DNA from: a virus
Lineage: Duplodnaviria > Caudoviricetes
DNA: 64,000 nt
Reading direction: 5' to 3' (one strand)
IMG/VR virus record: IMGVR_UViG_2974531088_000001
Coordinates: 6,708 to 70,707 of that record
The translations under genes were made by a program, and so were the position numbers. Below are positions 63,048-64,000 of this stretch, one piece after another; positions within the stretch are counted from its first letter, which is position 1, and the number at the start of each line of letters is the position of its first letter. The notes beneath the pieces are model-generated. The model was given only the letters and a program-made list of their open reading frames with translations, made no database searches and was not told the DNA's origin.

Positions 63048-63605
63048 ATGGGCAAGATCACCGATTTTTTCCGCAAGATTTGGCAGGGCAACAGCATGGG
63101 CCATGTGCCCGGGCAGGTCAGTTCCCAAGACGCTGAGGACGCCATGGCAGCGGCGGCGCGACTCGTGCAACCCAGCGAGCTCACCCGCCGCATGGACTAT
63201 GAGGCAGCCGTCCGCAGCTTCATTCCCGCATGGGAGGGGCGCGACGCCCCCAGCGAGGCTTACGGGCCACAGTCCCCGGCGCTCATTCAAGAGTTCATGA
63301 GGTGGGCCACTGACAACGACGAATGGACGTGGCCGGCGTTCAACGCGGCGGACTTGGCGGACCACCCGGACGCTTTGGCGCCGTATTTCTTCCGGCTGCC
63401 AGCCACCGCGAGCGTTCGCTACGGCGACATTGTGGTGCAAGGCCGTGACGAACTCCACCCGTTCGGGAATGTGGGCATTGCTGCCCGGGCTTTCGTGGTC
63501 AACGGCTATGTGGACCTGTTCACGCAGACCTACACGAACGGGTGCCAGATCGTGACCGAACCAGCGAACATTACGGCGGTATTCCGCAAGAGTCATGCTG
63601 CGTAA
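63048..63605 (+). CDS. Degenerate (catalytically inactive) CHAP-like protein
   Basis: Aligns by eye with the endolysin CHAP domain but has Ser for Cys and Asn for His. Confidence 0.6.
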   Translation: MGKITDFFRKIWQGNSMGHVPGQVSSQDAEDAMAAAARLVQPSELTRRMDYEAAVRSFIPAWEGRDAPSEAYGPQSPALIQEFMRWATDNDEWTWPAFNAADLADHPDALAPYFFRLPATASVRYGDIVVQGRDELHPFGNVGIAARAFVVNGYVDLFTQTYTNGCQIVTEPANITAVFRKSHAA

Positions 63606-63945
63606 GTTCAAAAAGGCGGACTACCCCCTAGACCTTGACCAGCAAGCCATTTACGTCCAGGACCGCATAGAGGTTGAGGACGGGCACCACATTTGGCAGC
63701 TGGCACTCCACAAGGTCTGGGGGTATCCCCGGGGTGGTCAGCCTATCGGTTACAAGATTGCCTACCGTGCCGCGTGGGAGGTTGAGCATGGGGAACGTCT
63801 GCCGTCCAACGTGCTGATTCTGCCGACGTGCGAACGGCCCGAATGCGTGAACCCGGCGCACATGGTCAAGTCCACCTTGAACCCGGGCGCGTTACCAAAG
63901 ATCACCGCCGCGCGGCTTGAGCGCTTGACCGGGGAAAACAGTTAA
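63595..63945 (+). CDS. HNH-like protein, degenerate
   Basis: HIWQLAL…AYRAAWE…ILPTCERPECVNPAHM. Confidence 0.65.
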   Translation: MLRKFKKADYPLDLDQQAIYVQDRIEVEDGHHIWQLALHKVWGYPRGGQPIGYKIAYRAAWEVEHGERLPSNVLILPTCERPECVNPAHMVKSTLNPGALPKITAARLERLTGENS

Positions 63946-64000
63946 GATAGGTGTCAAGACCCCCCGTATAGAAATACCGAGAGCATGAATGGAAGGTGAC

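Noticed and set aside
63946-64000. TTGACA on the minus strand (63954-63959) and a possible ATG at 63985
   Set aside because: No -10 at a suitable spacing, and the window ends before an ORF can be judged.
1-64000. tRNA, integrase/attP, terminase, portal, reverse transcriptase/DGR or inteins
   Set aside because: No supporting motifs were seen by eye; terminase and portal presumably lie outside the window.

Overview
This is a continuous 64-kb stretch of a GC-rich tailed-phage genome. It encodes a contractile tail (sheath, tube, LysM tube initiator, gp25/J/I-like baseplate), so it is a myovirus. Gene content and TANNNT/leaderless promoter architecture point to an actinobacterial host. It resembles Arthrobacter ArV1-type (cluster AR-like) phages, which is an inference from memory, not a database hit. 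Layout: (1) head, neck and tail genes, 1-18.4 kb; (2) lysis cassette, 18.4-21.4 kb; (3) a short inverted early cassette with an HTH gene, 21.5-23.3 kb; (4) displaced baseplate wedge genes, 23.4-26.7 kb; (5) a long rightward arm, 26.9-64 kb, with a Rad50/SMC-like ATPase, RecE/RecT, a replication initiator plus iteron origin, a split C5 methyltransferase, an amino-methyltransferase, a nuclease plus SNF2 helicase, SSB, a DnaN sliding clamp, HNH proteins and about 60 small orphans. No terminase, portal, integrase, DNA polymerase, tRNA or CRISPR array was seen. The strongest unannotated signal is a three-tier promoter code readable from the DNA. Tier 1: sigmaA-type TTG-N18-TANNNT promoters, two of which share an identical 22-bp palindromic operator. 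Tier 2: 11 copies of AAAAAC(A/C)GGCAC-N9-NANNNT, mostly firing leaderless mRNAs in the right arm. Tier 3: 6 copies of CCCRTCCCMCA-N19-NANNNT, five in front of virion genes. A second candidate system is a phage-encoded beta-clamp together with clamp-binding-like motifs on the methyltransferases and helicase. Other notable items are a catalytically dead CHAP paralogue, an origin that looks like a detached rep C-terminus, and a non-canonical tail-chaperone frameshift. All motif positions were counted by hand.
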